From: Desulfobacterales bacterium
GTDB lineage: Bacteria; Desulfobacterota; Desulfobacteria; Desulfobacterales; UBA5616
Direction: 5' to 3'
DNA length: 64,000 nt
Assembly (NCBI GenBank): GCA_046483495.1
Contig: JAWODC010000090.1
Location: 32,001 to 96,000 of the forward strand
Shown: one piece after another, positions 47,992-58,073 of the stretch
How positions within the stretch are numbered: position 1 is the stretch's first letter
Layout: each line of letters opens with the position of its first letter
The notes under the pieces: model-generated
The model's input: the letters and a program-made list of their open reading frames with translations, nothing else
Told to the model about the DNA's origin: nothing
The model's database searches: none
Program-made: the position numbers and the translations under genes

Positions 47992-49212
47992 ATGGACTAT
48001 CGACTGACGCCCGAACAGGAAGCCTTCCGAAAGGAATTTTCCGAGTGGCTGGATCAGAATCTCCCGGAGGGATTCGACCCTTCGAAAAGACGGAATTACA
48101 AAACTTCCGAAGAGCATCTCGCCGCCTATAAGGAATTCCAAAACCGTCTATACAAGGGCGGTTATACGGCCATGCACTATTCTGAAGAATACGGCGGACA
48201 GGGCAAGACACTGATGGAAGAATCCATCGTTTTGCGAACAATCGCCGAAAAATGCATGGAGTTGAGGGGCCCCGGCGTGATCACCTTCGGGATGGCCGTC
48301 CCCACGATTCACACCTGCGGAAGTGAAGAGCAAAAACGCAAATATCTCCCCAAAATTATGGATGGAACCCACCTGTGGTGCCAGGGATTCAGCGAGCCGG
48401 AAGCGGGTTCCGACGTCGCGAATGTTTCCACGATGGCCATCAGAAAAGGCGATCATTACGTCGTCAACGGCCAGAAAGTATGGACCAGTATGGCTCACAT
48501 GGCGGACTACTGCATTCTGCTTGTCCGGACAGATCCTGAGGCCGTCAAACATCGGGGATTGAGTTATCTGCTGATGGACATGAAGACCCCCGGCGTCGAT
48601 GTCAGGCCCATGAAGCAGATGACGGGAGAAGCCGATTTCAATGAAATCTTCATGGACAACGTAAACGTTCCCGTTGAAAATCTCGTGGGCAAGGAGGGGG
48701 ACGGCTGGATGATCGCCATCACGACCCTGATGTTCGAGCGCGCTTTGGGGGATGTCACCATGGCAGCAATTTATGAGAAGACCATCAGTAACATGCTGGC
48801 GATGGCCAAGACCGCCAAACGCTCGGGAAAACCGGCCATCGAGGATCCGCTTTTCAGGCAGAAACTGGCGCGGCACTATATCGAGGTGATGGTCCTGAAA
48901 TATCATGGTCTTCGAAATTTCAGCAAAACCATGAAAGCCGGCGTGCCGGGGCCGGAAAGCTCCATCGGTAAGCTGCTGTGGAGTGAACCCAACCAGGGCA
49001 TCACCGATGACGCCCTCAATATCGAAGGGCCCGTCGGCCAGATAACGGAAAATTCCCCCTGGTCGATAAATGACGGCGCCTGGCAATATGCGTTTCTCAG
49101 ATCCAAGGGAAATACCATCGAGGCCGGCAGCTCTGAAATTCTACGAAACATCATCGGAGAGCGTGTACTCGGCCTGCCCAAAGATGCATCCAGAGCCGTT
49201 GTGAGAAAATAA
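47992..49212 (+). CDS. Acyl-CoA dehydrogenase, catalytic subunit of a heteromeric pair
   Basis: Motifs WCQGFSEPEAGSD, NGQKVWTS, FNEIF, TTLMFER and NTIEAGSSEILRNIIGERVLGLP. Confidence 0.93.
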   Translation: MDYRLTPEQEAFRKEFSEWLDQNLPEGFDPSKRRNYKTSEEHLAAYKEFQNRLYKGGYTAMHYSEEYGGQGKTLMEESIVLRTIAEKCMELRGPGVITFGMAVPTIHTCGSEEQKRKYLPKIMDGTHLWCQGFSEPEAGSDVANVSTMAIRKGDHYVVNGQKVWTSMAHMADYCILLVRTDPEAVKHRGLSYLLMDMKTPGVDVRPMKQMTGEADFNEIFMDNVNVPVENLVGKEGDGWMIAITTLMFERALGDVTMAAIYEKTISNMLAMAKTAKRSGKPAIEDPLFRQKLARHYIEVMVLKYHGLRNFSKTMKAGVPGPESSIGKLLWSEPNQGITDDALNIEGPVGQITENSPWSINDGAWQYAFLRSKGNTIEAGSSEILRNIIGERVLGLPKDASRAVVRK

Positions 49213-49226
49213 GGAGGGAAGCACTC

Positions 49227-50369
49227 ATGGATATTACGTTAAGCAAGTCACAACAGGATATCGCCAAGGAGGCGCGCAATTTTTTAAAGAAGGAATGCCC
49301 CAGGGAATTCGTGGAGGAAATGCACGATAACGAAAACGGGTATACGGATGCGCTATGGTCGAAAATCGTCAAAATCGACTGGCAAGCCATGTACATACCC
49401 GAAGCATACGAAGGCATGGGCATGTCGTTGCTGGATCTCGTTATGATTCTGGAGGAAACCGGCCGCGCCCTTCTGCCCGGCCCTTTTTTCTCCACGGTCT
49501 TGTATGCGGCCGAAATGGTCAAGGCTGCGGGAAGCGAAGCACAGAAGGAAAAATACCTGAAAGCGATTGCAAACGGCGATCTCAAAGCAACGGTTGCCGT
49601 GCATGAACCGGATGGCGGCGCCGACCTGGATTACATTCAGATGGAAGCCGTATCCGACGGCGGCGGATATCGGTTGAATGGAACCAAGGTGCTGGTCCCG
49701 GATGCGCATGTATCCGATCTTATCATCTGCGCGGTCCGCACATCTCCGGGAGATTCACCCGAAAACGGCGTGACGCTTTTTATCGTCGATACCGATACAG
49801 AGGGGGTTACCGTATCCCCGCTGCCTACCATGGATGCCGTAAGGAAATACAGTGTGGTCGAATTCAAGAATGTAAACGTCGGTTCGGATGCCGTTTTAGG
49901 AGAGGTCGACAAGGGATGGCCGCCCTTTTTTACCGCCGTTCAGAGGGCCAATGTGGGAATCGCGGCGGAATCCATCGGCGGCGCCCAATGGGCTATGGAG
50001 GCCGCCACGGATTATGCCAAGATGAGGGTGCAGTTCGATCAACCGATCGGTGCGTTTCAGGCGATCAAGCACCGCTGCGCCCAAATGTTCGCCGACGTGG
50101 AAAGCTCCCGGTCGCTCTTGTATTATGCCGCCTGGGCCCAAGATCATGAAGATCCGTCAACAGCCGCCATTGCCGCTTCGGCAGCCAAGGCATTTTGTAC
50201 GGAAGCCTTCAAAAACGTGGTCTGCGGGACCGTTCAGGTCATGGGCGGGGCGGGATTCATTTGGGAGAATGAAGTCCACTTTTACTTAAAGCGGGCCAAG
50301 GCCAATGAAATCATCATGGGAGACCCCGATTACCACCGTGAGAAAATTTTACGACTTCTCTCGCTGTAA
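49227..50369 (+). CDS. Acyl-CoA dehydrogenase, partner subunit of a heteromeric pair
   Basis: Motifs LEETGRALLPGPF, RVQFDQPIGAFQAIKHRCA and YLKRAKANE..MGDPDYHRE. Confidence 0.9.
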   Translation: MDITLSKSQQDIAKEARNFLKKECPREFVEEMHDNENGYTDALWSKIVKIDWQAMYIPEAYEGMGMSLLDLVMILEETGRALLPGPFFSTVLYAAEMVKAAGSEAQKEKYLKAIANGDLKATVAVHEPDGGADLDYIQMEAVSDGGGYRLNGTKVLVPDAHVSDLIICAVRTSPGDSPENGVTLFIVDTDTEGVTVSPLPTMDAVRKYSVVEFKNVNVGSDAVLGEVDKGWPPFFTAVQRANVGIAAESIGGAQWAMEAATDYAKMRVQFDQPIGAFQAIKHRCAQMFADVESSRSLLYYAAWAQDHEDPSTAAIAASAAKAFCTEAFKNVVCGTVQVMGGAGFIWENEVHFYLKRAKANEIIMGDPDYHREKILRLLSL

Positions 50370-50475
50370 TAACAATTGACCGCGATTGACCAACCCTCGG
50401 GCGGTGCCCTGCAGACGCGCCGCCCGTTTCACAAGGGCAGCCCGCGTTGTTCGCGGCTTCATTCGGAGCCTGAAA

Positions 50476-51477
50476 ATGGAAGAAATTTTGCCTCATCTTT
50501 ATCGTGTTGTCGTCCCCCTTCCGAGAAATCCCTTAAAGGAAGTAAACTCCTATATCATCACCTCGAGTGAACGTAATCTCATCATCGACACCGGCATGAA
50601 TCGGCCGGAATGTCAAGAGGTGCTTGAAGCGGGACTCGAAAACATCGGAATCGATCTTGAAAAAACCGATATTATAGCCACCCATTATCATGCCGATCAT
50701 CAGGGGCTGGTGGCCACTTTTTTAAAGGGCGGCTGCCGTGCGTATATGGGAGAAAAAGACGCCGCCGCCATGAACCAGAAGTCGACGACCCATGCCCGTA
50801 AAATGCCGATGGGGGATTACGCCGCCCTGAGCGGTTTTCCGGAAGAAGAGCTTCTATGGGCGCAGCAGAACCACCCGGGCTTCAAGTACGGCCCCCAATC
50901 ATCGGTCGATTACATCGGCGTAAAGGAAGGGAAGATCTTTCGTGTGGGATCCTACACCTTGAGCGTCATGGATACACCGGGCCACACGGAAGGGCACATC
51001 TGCCTTTATGAACCCGACAAAAAGATCTTTTTTTCCGGAGACCACGTGCTGGGAGACATCACCCCGAATATTCAAGCCTGGGCCGACAATTACGATCCGC
51101 TCGATCTTTACATTGCAAGCCTGAAAAAGGTGTACCATCTGGATGTGGCCATGTGCTATCCCGCGCACCGATCCTTCATACCGGATCTAAAAAAACGGGT
51201 CAGTGAACTGATGGAACACCACCGGCTTCGGGCCAATGAAGTCATTGCCATTCTGGAGGAAAAACCGCTCAATGCGTACCAAACCGCATCGCGAATGACG
51301 TGGGACATTGTCGCAAAATCATGGGATGATTTCCCCGTTATGCAGAAGTGGTTTGCGACCGGAGAAGCTATCGCCCACCTGCGGTATCTTGAAAACAAGG
51401 ATTACATCCGCCGGGAAATGGTCGACGGGAAAATCTTTTACGCAAAAATAGCGGGAAAAACCCTGACTTCGGTTTAA
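50476..51477 (+). CDS. Metallo-beta-lactamase-fold hydrolase with C-terminal winged helix
   Basis: Motifs THYHADHQG, TPGHT.GH, GDHVL, YPAH and GEAIAHL. Confidence 0.88.
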   Translation: MEEILPHLYRVVVPLPRNPLKEVNSYIITSSERNLIIDTGMNRPECQEVLEAGLENIGIDLEKTDIIATHYHADHQGLVATFLKGGCRAYMGEKDAAAMNQKSTTHARKMPMGDYAALSGFPEEELLWAQQNHPGFKYGPQSSVDYIGVKEGKIFRVGSYTLSVMDTPGHTEGHICLYEPDKKIFFSGDHVLGDITPNIQAWADNYDPLDLYIASLKKVYHLDVAMCYPAHRSFIPDLKKRVSELMEHHRLRANEVIAILEEKPLNAYQTASRMTWDIVAKSWDDFPVMQKWFATGEAIAHLRYLENKDYIRREMVDGKIFYAKIAGKTLTSV

Positions 51478-51496
51478 CGGGTGAGGACAGAAACGT

Positions 51497-51540
51497 GACG
51501 CGGCCGGGGAATGAATTCGACCGCGTCCTTTCTTCACTTT
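51497..51540 (+). terminator. Putative intrinsic terminator
   Basis: GACGCGG...CCGCGTC hairpin followed by a T-rich tail, between convergent genes. Confidence 0.45.
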
Positions 51541-51559
51541 TGGCATGATCCCGATCGTT

Positions 51560-52735
51560 TTACATTAAGTCGGCGGAAGAATAATTCAATATCGCCCTTG
51601 CGATGACCAGGCGGTTGATTTCCCCCGTTCCTTCGTAGATATCCGTAATCCGGGCATCCCGCCACCACTTTTCCACCAGCAGGTCATGCGTAATGCCTGT
51701 GACGCCGAGCAGCTCCAACGCGAGCGTGGCGCCGCTTCGGCAGACATCGCCGCCTTTTGCCTTGCTAATCGAGGATTCCAGATTATTGGGCTTTCCCTGG
51801 TCCATGAGCCATACGGCCCGGAGAGTCGTCAAAATGGAGGCTTCGAGCTGGGACTCGATTTCGATCATCTTTTGCTGGAGCGCGGTGCGCCGGTGCAGAC
51901 CGACTTCCCAATCCACTTCGACGCCTTCATCCCGCAGAACGTCCGATGCGGATTCATAACATGCTAAAACAGCACCCGTACCGGTTGCCGCCACCAACGG
52001 TCGGGTGATATTGAAGGTTTTCATCAGGCCCTTGAACCCGCCGCCGCCCGTTTGAATCTCTTCGTTCTGACCGAGGAGGTTTTCCCGCGGTACCCGACAG
52101 TCCTTCAACACGAAGGCCGCCGTATCGCTGGCCCGAATGCCCATTTTTTTCTCTTTTGCGGAAAGCTGAAACCCCGGTGTTCCTTTTTCGATGAGAAAGG
52201 CTTTGATGGCCCCCCTGCCCTTCGATTTATCGAGAGTGGCCCATACTACGACGCCGTCGCATTGAATGCCGCTGGTGACGAATATTTTTTCACCGTTAAG
52301 CACCCATTCATCGCCCTCCAGCACAGCGGTGGTTTCAATCGCTTTTGAATCCGACCCGCATCCGGGCTCGGTATTGGCCATGGCCAGCAGTTTGCCTCCC
52401 CATTTTTTCTTCTGCTCTTCCGTACCGGCGGCGGCAAGTGATGCATTTCCCAATCCAAATGGGTGAGACTTCAATGTCATCATGGAATCGCCCCATGATT
52501 GGTACAGATCCACAAGAATGCCGAAGACCGTCGGACTGCAGGCTCCGGGAGCCTTCGGCCGCTCCAGCATCATTAAGGGAATGTGCTCGAAATCCTTGGC
52601 TTCGGGGAATTCCGATGGCGGCAATTCGTCTTCGTGATCATCATAATATCGGGTATGTTTGCGAACAACGAGACCTTGTTTTCGAATTTCCTGGAGAATT
52701 TCCTGATCTTTTTCATTAAGGCTAAAATCGACCAT
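51560..52735 (-). CDS. Acyl-CoA dehydrogenase (FadE23-like)
   Basis: Motifs MANTEPGCGSDS, NGEKIFVT, KMGIRASDT and RDARITDIYEGTGEINR. Confidence 0.92.
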   Translation of the reverse strand: MVDFSLNEKDQEILQEIRKQGLVVRKHTRYYDDHEDELPPSEFPEAKDFEHIPLMMLERPKAPGACSPTVFGILVDLYQSWGDSMMTLKSHPFGLGNASLAAAGTEEQKKKWGGKLLAMANTEPGCGSDSKAIETTAVLEGDEWVLNGEKIFVTSGIQCDGVVVWATLDKSKGRGAIKAFLIEKGTPGFQLSAKEKKMGIRASDTAAFVLKDCRVPRENLLGQNEEIQTGGGGFKGLMKTFNITRPLVAATGTGAVLACYESASDVLRDEGVEVDWEVGLHRRTALQQKMIEIESQLEASILTTLRAVWLMDQGKPNNLESSISKAKGGDVCRSGATLALELLGVTGITHDLLVEKWWRDARITDIYEGTGEINRLVIARAILNYSSADLM

Positions 52736-52799
52736 TGCTTGCCTCCTGTGGTTTATTATTCCGGCATCACCGATGTTTTGGACCTTGTATGACTCGGCC

Positions 52800-53912
52800 C
52801 TAAGCGGCGATCATGCCTTCGAGGACGGTAAGTGTCCTGGCGTTTCTCAGCCACATTTCGACGGGAAAATCCCGAATGTAGCCGTGTCCACCGAAAATCT
52901 GAACGCCGTCATCGGCGATTTTCATGGTTTTTTGATCGACGTAATGCTTTGCCAGTGTGGCGGCTTTTGCCCCGTCCATCCCCTGATCAAGCTGACTTGC
53001 CGCCTTCCATACCATCCATCGCATCGCATCCGTTTCGATGCACATGTCGGCAAGATAAAACGCAATGATCTGCTTTTTGGCAATGGGTTCACCAAATGCG
53101 ATGCGTTCTTTGGCATAGGGAATCGTGTAATCCATTACAGCCCGCGAAAGCCCCACGCAAAGGGCGCTGTTCGCGATTCGAAGGGAATTGACAAGACGCC
53201 TGCCGTCGATGCCGTTTTCTTCTCCGAGAAAATCATCCGCCGGAACGACGCAATCCTGCAACGTCAATGCAGAACAGGGCAGTGACCGCAGCCCCATCGT
53301 CTTCTCATTGTCCGTATCGATATGCAATCCCGCCGCATCCCGCCCCACGATGAAGGCGCCCAGCCGGGAAAGCCCGGAGGCCTCCCCGGTTCGGGCGACC
53401 ACCAAAAAATGATGGGCGGAAGATCCGAACGGCACCAGCCGCTTCTTGCCGTTGATAATCCATTCACCGCCTTGTTTCGTCGCCGTTGTCTTCATGTCCG
53501 TGGGATCGAACGTGTGTCGAGGTTCGTGCAAAGCCATGGAGGCGGGTTCGAATGCTTCACCGGCATACAGGGGAAGATACTTCTTTTTCTGCTTTTCCGT
53601 CCCGAAATCGATCAGGGGATGAATGAACGACATCGGGCCCAGAATCGCCGATGCCAGAGAGGCGCAGCCGTAAGCCAGCTCTTCACAAACGAGCGCACTG
53701 GTAACGGCCGACCGCTCCATTCCGATTCCGCCATAGGACTCCGGAACCGCCGCATTCGCCAGTCCGATTTCCCAGGCCTTGTCCAGCACCTTTTCAGGAA
53801 TCACGCCGGTCTCGTCGCATTCCCGTGAAACGCCTCTGAGTTCACCGGCTGCAAATTCTTTTGCGCTTTTGACGACAAGGTCCTGCTCTTTTGTCAGGTC
53901 AAATGAGATCAT
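52800..53912 (-). CDS. Acyl-CoA dehydrogenase (FadE24-like partner)
   Basis: Motifs EELAYGC, YAKERIAFGEPIA and QIFGGHGYIRDFPVEMWLRNAR; short C-terminus. Confidence 0.9.
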   Translation of the reverse strand: MISFDLTKEQDLVVKSAKEFAAGELRGVSRECDETGVIPEKVLDKAWEIGLANAAVPESYGGIGMERSAVTSALVCEELAYGCASLASAILGPMSFIHPLIDFGTEKQKKKYLPLYAGEAFEPASMALHEPRHTFDPTDMKTTATKQGGEWIINGKKRLVPFGSSAHHFLVVARTGEASGLSRLGAFIVGRDAAGLHIDTDNEKTMGLRSLPCSALTLQDCVVPADDFLGEENGIDGRRLVNSLRIANSALCVGLSRAVMDYTIPYAKERIAFGEPIAKKQIIAFYLADMCIETDAMRWMVWKAASQLDQGMDGAKAATLAKHYVDQKTMKIADDGVQIFGGHGYIRDFPVEMWLRNARTLTVLEGMIAA

Positions 53913-53998
53913 TTTTTCCTCCGTCCCTTGTGAATAGAAAAAAAAGAAACGATGCAGGCGGCTTTGACGTGATCGAAACGACTCCCGTCAAAAAGCAC

Positions 53999-55162
53999 TT
54001 ACCCCAGCATCATCTTTGAAATAATCTCCTTCATGATTTCACTGGTTCCGCCGCCGATTGACATGATTCGGTTGTCCCTGAACATGCGCTCCACCGTATA
54101 CTCCCGCATGTACCCGTACCCCCCGAAAACCTGGACGGCGTCATAGGTCACTTTGTCGCTGACCATGCAGGCGAAATTTTTAGCCATGGAGACTTCCTTG
54201 ACTATGTTTTCCCCGGCATTGACCCTGGCGGCTACACGGTAAGTAAACTCCCGGCTGGCTTCCAGAAGCGTCGCCATGTCGGCAAGCTTATGCCGGATGA
54301 CCTGGAAGCCGGAAAGATGTTTGCCGAAAGCCTCTCGCTCTTTTACGTACTTGAGGCATTCATCCAGGCAGATCTCGGAGATCATGTTCGTTTCCGCCGC
54401 CATGCCCAGCCGTTCATGTTGAAAGTTCTCCATCTGGTAGTAAAAACCCTTGTTTTCTTCTCCGATACGATTTTCAACGGGAACCCGGCAATCGTCGAAA
54501 AAGAGTTCCGCCGTGTCGGATGCCCACCATCCCATTTTCTTCAATTTCTTTGAAACGGAGAATCCGGGTGTGCCCTTCTCGATGACCAGGAGGCTGATGC
54601 CGTGGGCCCCTTCCCCTCCCGTCCGGACGGCGCAGGTGATCTGTCCCGCCTGAACACCGGTGGTGATAAAGGTTTTGCTGCCGTTGACCACGTAATAGTC
54701 GCCGTCTTTTACGGCAGTGGTTTTCAGACGGGCCACATCAGAACCCCCGCCGGGTTCGGTAACGGCCAATGCTGCTTTTCGTTTCCCTTCGAGAACAGGT
54801 TTGACGAATTTCTCCTTCTGTTCGTGCGTGCCGTGAGAGACGATGGGCGGCAGGGCAATCGCATACGTGCCTATGCTGGCGGGTATACCAATAGAGCCGC
54901 ATCGGCAGAGTTCTTCGGTAACGGCAAAACCATGAAAAATATCACCCTCCACACCACCGTATTCGACCGGATAGCCGATCCCCAGGTATCCGAGCTCCCC
55001 CGCCTTTTGATACAGCTCCATCGGCGTTTCGCCGGCCTCTTCCCATTCGTCCACATAGGGGACGATCTCTTTTTTTACAAATTCACGCACCGCCTTGCGC
55101 AGCATCTCATGCTCTTTGGTGAAGTACTTCTGATAGGAACGGTCTCTCTCAGGTTGATTCAT
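53999..55162 (-). CDS. Acyl-CoA dehydrogenase (long-chain/citronellyl-CoA type)
   Basis: Motifs AVTEPGGGSD, NGSKTFIT, KMGWWASDTAELFF, NFQHERL and SIGGGTSEIM. Confidence 0.93.
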   Translation of the reverse strand: MNQPERDRSYQKYFTKEHEMLRKAVREFVKKEIVPYVDEWEEAGETPMELYQKAGELGYLGIGYPVEYGGVEGDIFHGFAVTEELCRCGSIGIPASIGTYAIALPPIVSHGTHEQKEKFVKPVLEGKRKAALAVTEPGGGSDVARLKTTAVKDGDYYVVNGSKTFITTGVQAGQITCAVRTGGEGAHGISLLVIEKGTPGFSVSKKLKKMGWWASDTAELFFDDCRVPVENRIGEENKGFYYQMENFQHERLGMAAETNMISEICLDECLKYVKEREAFGKHLSGFQVIRHKLADMATLLEASREFTYRVAARVNAGENIVKEVSMAKNFACMVSDKVTYDAVQVFGGYGYMREYTVERMFRDNRIMSIGGGTSEIMKEIISKMMLG

Positions 55163-55231
55163 AGCATCTCCTGTTCTCGTCTGCGGGATACGCGCAAAAC
55201 GCAAACCCGATGAAATATATGAAATTCAAAA

Positions 55232-56806
55232 TTATAAATGCAAGTGATATGAACCCCAATTACTATCCTGCCACATAATTTTACCGCCGATGATGGTCAT
55301 CAAAACCCGGATGTTTCGAATCTCCTCCGGAGGTACATGAAACGGATCGGCGGACAGGATCGTGAAGTCCGCATCTTTTCCGGCACGGATCATCCCTTTG
55401 GATGTCTCCAAATATCCGGCGGCCGCGGCGGCTGACGTGTGCATTTCCAAGGCGTTATACACCGTAACAGCTTCATTAGGCAATAACGGATTTCCCGTTT
55501 CGGTCATCCGGGTGACCGCACTGTAAATCCCTGAAATCGGATCCGGGGAAACCATCGGCGCATCCGATGCTGCACACACCCGGGCACCGGCCTTGAGCAG
55601 CGAACCGATCGGATACAAGAACGGCTGATGGTCGGGGAGAACGGATATCAGATAGCGGTCACCGTTGACGTATATAAAAGAAGGATGCGTCACAACGGTG
55701 ATGCCGAGTGCACCGATCCGGCCGGCCAATTCGGGAGGGCACAAGGAACAATGTTCGATTCTGTGCCGGCAACGCTTCTCCGGGTGCCGGTGCACGGCAT
55801 TTTCGATCGCCGTAACCGCCGCCCGAACGGCATCCGCTTCAATGGCATGAATGACGGCCTGCCTGCCGGATCGATGAATCAGCGCCACCATTTCATTAAG
55901 ATCGGCCTGTTCCGGAAGTGGTATTCCGGTCGTTTCATCGATAATGATTTTAACCCCTCCCGAAAATATGCCGTCCTGTTCGTATGCATTCGGAACAAGC
56001 GCGTTCAGATCATTTTGAAAGGATAAAAATCCCTGGATGAAAACAACCCCGGGCGCCAAAAGACCTTTTTTTTTCAACCCGTGCAGCCAATCCAGCCTCG
56101 TTCGGTCATTGCGGTATGATGCATCCTGAAATGTCGTCACCCCATGGGACAGCAGATTCCGATCGGCCGATGCAATGCCTTTAAGAAGGCTGCTTTCTTT
56201 GACATGCGGAATTTTTCGGTTCAGATCGTGTCCCATGTTGAACAAAACGCCGGTCGGTTCACCGGTATTCGGGTCTCTTTCAATAATGCCGCCGTCCGGA
56301 TCGGGTGTCTGTCGACCGATGCCGACATCTTTCAGTGCGGGTGTATTGAGCACATGGGCGTAGCCGGACCGGTGGGTGATCTTTATGGGATGTTGAACGG
56401 TTACGGCATCCAGATCCCTGCGATTCGGATGCCGCTGCTCCTTTATGTCGGTTTCATGGTAACCCGCCCCTCTGATCCATTCACCCGAAGATGCCGTTTC
56501 AAGGGCGAGTCTGAGACGGTTTTGGATATCGCAAATCGACCGGATTCCCGAATCAGCCTTTAAATCGATCGTCAGAAAGCTCTCCGCCAAGGCCCGAAAA
56601 TGAAGATGGGCATCGATAAATCCCGGTAGAAGCGTCTTCCCGTTGAGATCCAGAATCGGTATATCCCTGTTTTTAAATGCCTCTATGGATTTCCTGTCGC
56701 CGACATGCCGTATGTTCCCGTTTGAAACCGCCAGGGCCGATGCCCTGGGCAATGCCGGGTTCATGGTGACGATATCGGCATTTATGATGATCATGTCGTC
56801 TTTCAT
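55232..56806 (-). CDS. Amidohydrolase-3 family (YtcJ-like) metal-dependent hydrolase
   Basis: Motifs LLPGFIDAHLH, HAIE, HRIEHCS, ASDAP and GKDADF. Confidence 0.9.
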   Translation of the reverse strand: MKDDMIIINADIVTMNPALPRASALAVSNGNIRHVGDRKSIEAFKNRDIPILDLNGKTLLPGFIDAHLHFRALAESFLTIDLKADSGIRSICDIQNRLRLALETASSGEWIRGAGYHETDIKEQRHPNRRDLDAVTVQHPIKITHRSGYAHVLNTPALKDVGIGRQTPDPDGGIIERDPNTGEPTGVLFNMGHDLNRKIPHVKESSLLKGIASADRNLLSHGVTTFQDASYRNDRTRLDWLHGLKKKGLLAPGVVFIQGFLSFQNDLNALVPNAYEQDGIFSGGVKIIIDETTGIPLPEQADLNEMVALIHRSGRQAVIHAIEADAVRAAVTAIENAVHRHPEKRCRHRIEHCSLCPPELAGRIGALGITVVTHPSFIYVNGDRYLISVLPDHQPFLYPIGSLLKAGARVCAASDAPMVSPDPISGIYSAVTRMTETGNPLLPNEAVTVYNALEMHTSAAAAAGYLETSKGMIRAGKDADFTILSADPFHVPPEEIRNIRVLMTIIGGKIMWQDSNWGSYHLHL

Positions 56807-56813
56807 GCAGGGT

Positions 56814-58073
56814 TCACGCCTGAATCGGTTCGCATCCGATGACCCCTTCGCGGTACAGCCGACCGATTTCCGCATCCGACAGCCCCAGAATTTCTTTCAA
56901 CACCCATTCATTATCCCGGCCCAGGGTCGGTGCGGGGCTTCCTTTTTGCGATGAATCATGTTCAAAGTGAATGGCGCTGCCCGCGTACAGGCGCCGTCCG
57001 GTCTCCGGATGAAAAACCGGTTGAAAAAAGCCCCGAGCGAGAAGATGGGGATCATTCATCAGTTCCTCGGCATTCAGAACATCACCCGCCGGAATACCAT
57101 GCTCCTGCAGAAGAAGCATGAGCTCATGGGATGGATAGCCGGACGTCCAATCCGCTACCCGTCTGTCAAGCTCTTCCCTGTTTTCAAGCCGGGCATTCAT
57201 ATGCGAAAACCGCTCCTCACCGGCCCACGGAGGATTTCCCATCGACTCGACCAGCGCCTGCCATTGCGGTTCACCGGTTATTTCGATGGTGATCCATTTG
57301 TCCTCCCCCCTGCAGGGATAACATCCATAGGGAGCGCAGCAGCAGTCGTGATTTCCCATCCGCTCCGGCAGGCGATGATTGATGGCCAGATCCAGAACAT
57401 ATTCGCCGATCAGGCAGGTGGCGGATTCACATTGCGAAAGATCGATCTGTTGGCCGACGCCCGATTTGCTGCGGTGAAGAAGCGCCGTCAGTACGGCGAC
57501 GGTCCCATGCATCGCCGCCACGGCATCCGGGTAGGGGTTGCCGGAAAGGCGGGGCCCGCCTCCGGGATAGCCGGTGATGCCGGCCAGTCCGCATGCCGGT
57601 TCGATCGTCGTACCGAAGGCCACATGGTCTCGAAAAGGACCGGTCAAACCGAAACCCGACAATGAACACATAATGATCCGGGGATTCAGCCGCTGTAAAA
57701 CGGAATAGGTAATTCCGAAATTTTCCATGACACGGGGGCTGAAATTTTCCAGGACCACATCGCTGACGCTTACCAGCCGCTTGAACAGCGCGAGTCCGGA
57801 CGGTGTGTTGAGTTCGAGTGTCAGGCCGCGTTTGTTTCGGTTCAGGTCGTTTGTCAGCGCTTGCCGTTCCCAGGGCCGCTCGCCGGGATCATTATCCGGA
57901 AACGTGCCGAAAAAAGCGGCTTCCTCCTTATCGACCGGTGATCCGTCCACCAGGGCCCGGCTTTGAATATGAATGACCTCGGCGCCGAGATCGGCCAGCA
58001 TTCGTCCGGCCAGCGGACCGGCCCACACATGGGTCACATCCAGCACCCTGATTCCGTTCAATGCCGATGCCAT
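56814..58073 (-). CDS. Class III CoA-transferase, Asp-bearing subunit (BbsF-like)
   Basis: Motifs VLDVTHVWAGP and NRNKR; catalytic Asp in NPYPD; APTLGRDN. Confidence 0.9.
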   Translation of the reverse strand: MASALNGIRVLDVTHVWAGPLAGRMLADLGAEVIHIQSRALVDGSPVDKEEAAFFGTFPDNDPGERPWERQALTNDLNRNKRGLTLELNTPSGLALFKRLVSVSDVVLENFSPRVMENFGITYSVLQRLNPRIIMCSLSGFGLTGPFRDHVAFGTTIEPACGLAGITGYPGGGPRLSGNPYPDAVAAMHGTVAVLTALLHRSKSGVGQQIDLSQCESATCLIGEYVLDLAINHRLPERMGNHDCCCAPYGCYPCRGEDKWITIEITGEPQWQALVESMGNPPWAGEERFSHMNARLENREELDRRVADWTSGYPSHELMLLLQEHGIPAGDVLNAEELMNDPHLLARGFFQPVFHPETGRRLYAGSAIHFEHDSSQKGSPAPTLGRDNEWVLKEILGLSDAEIGRLYREGVIGCEPIQA

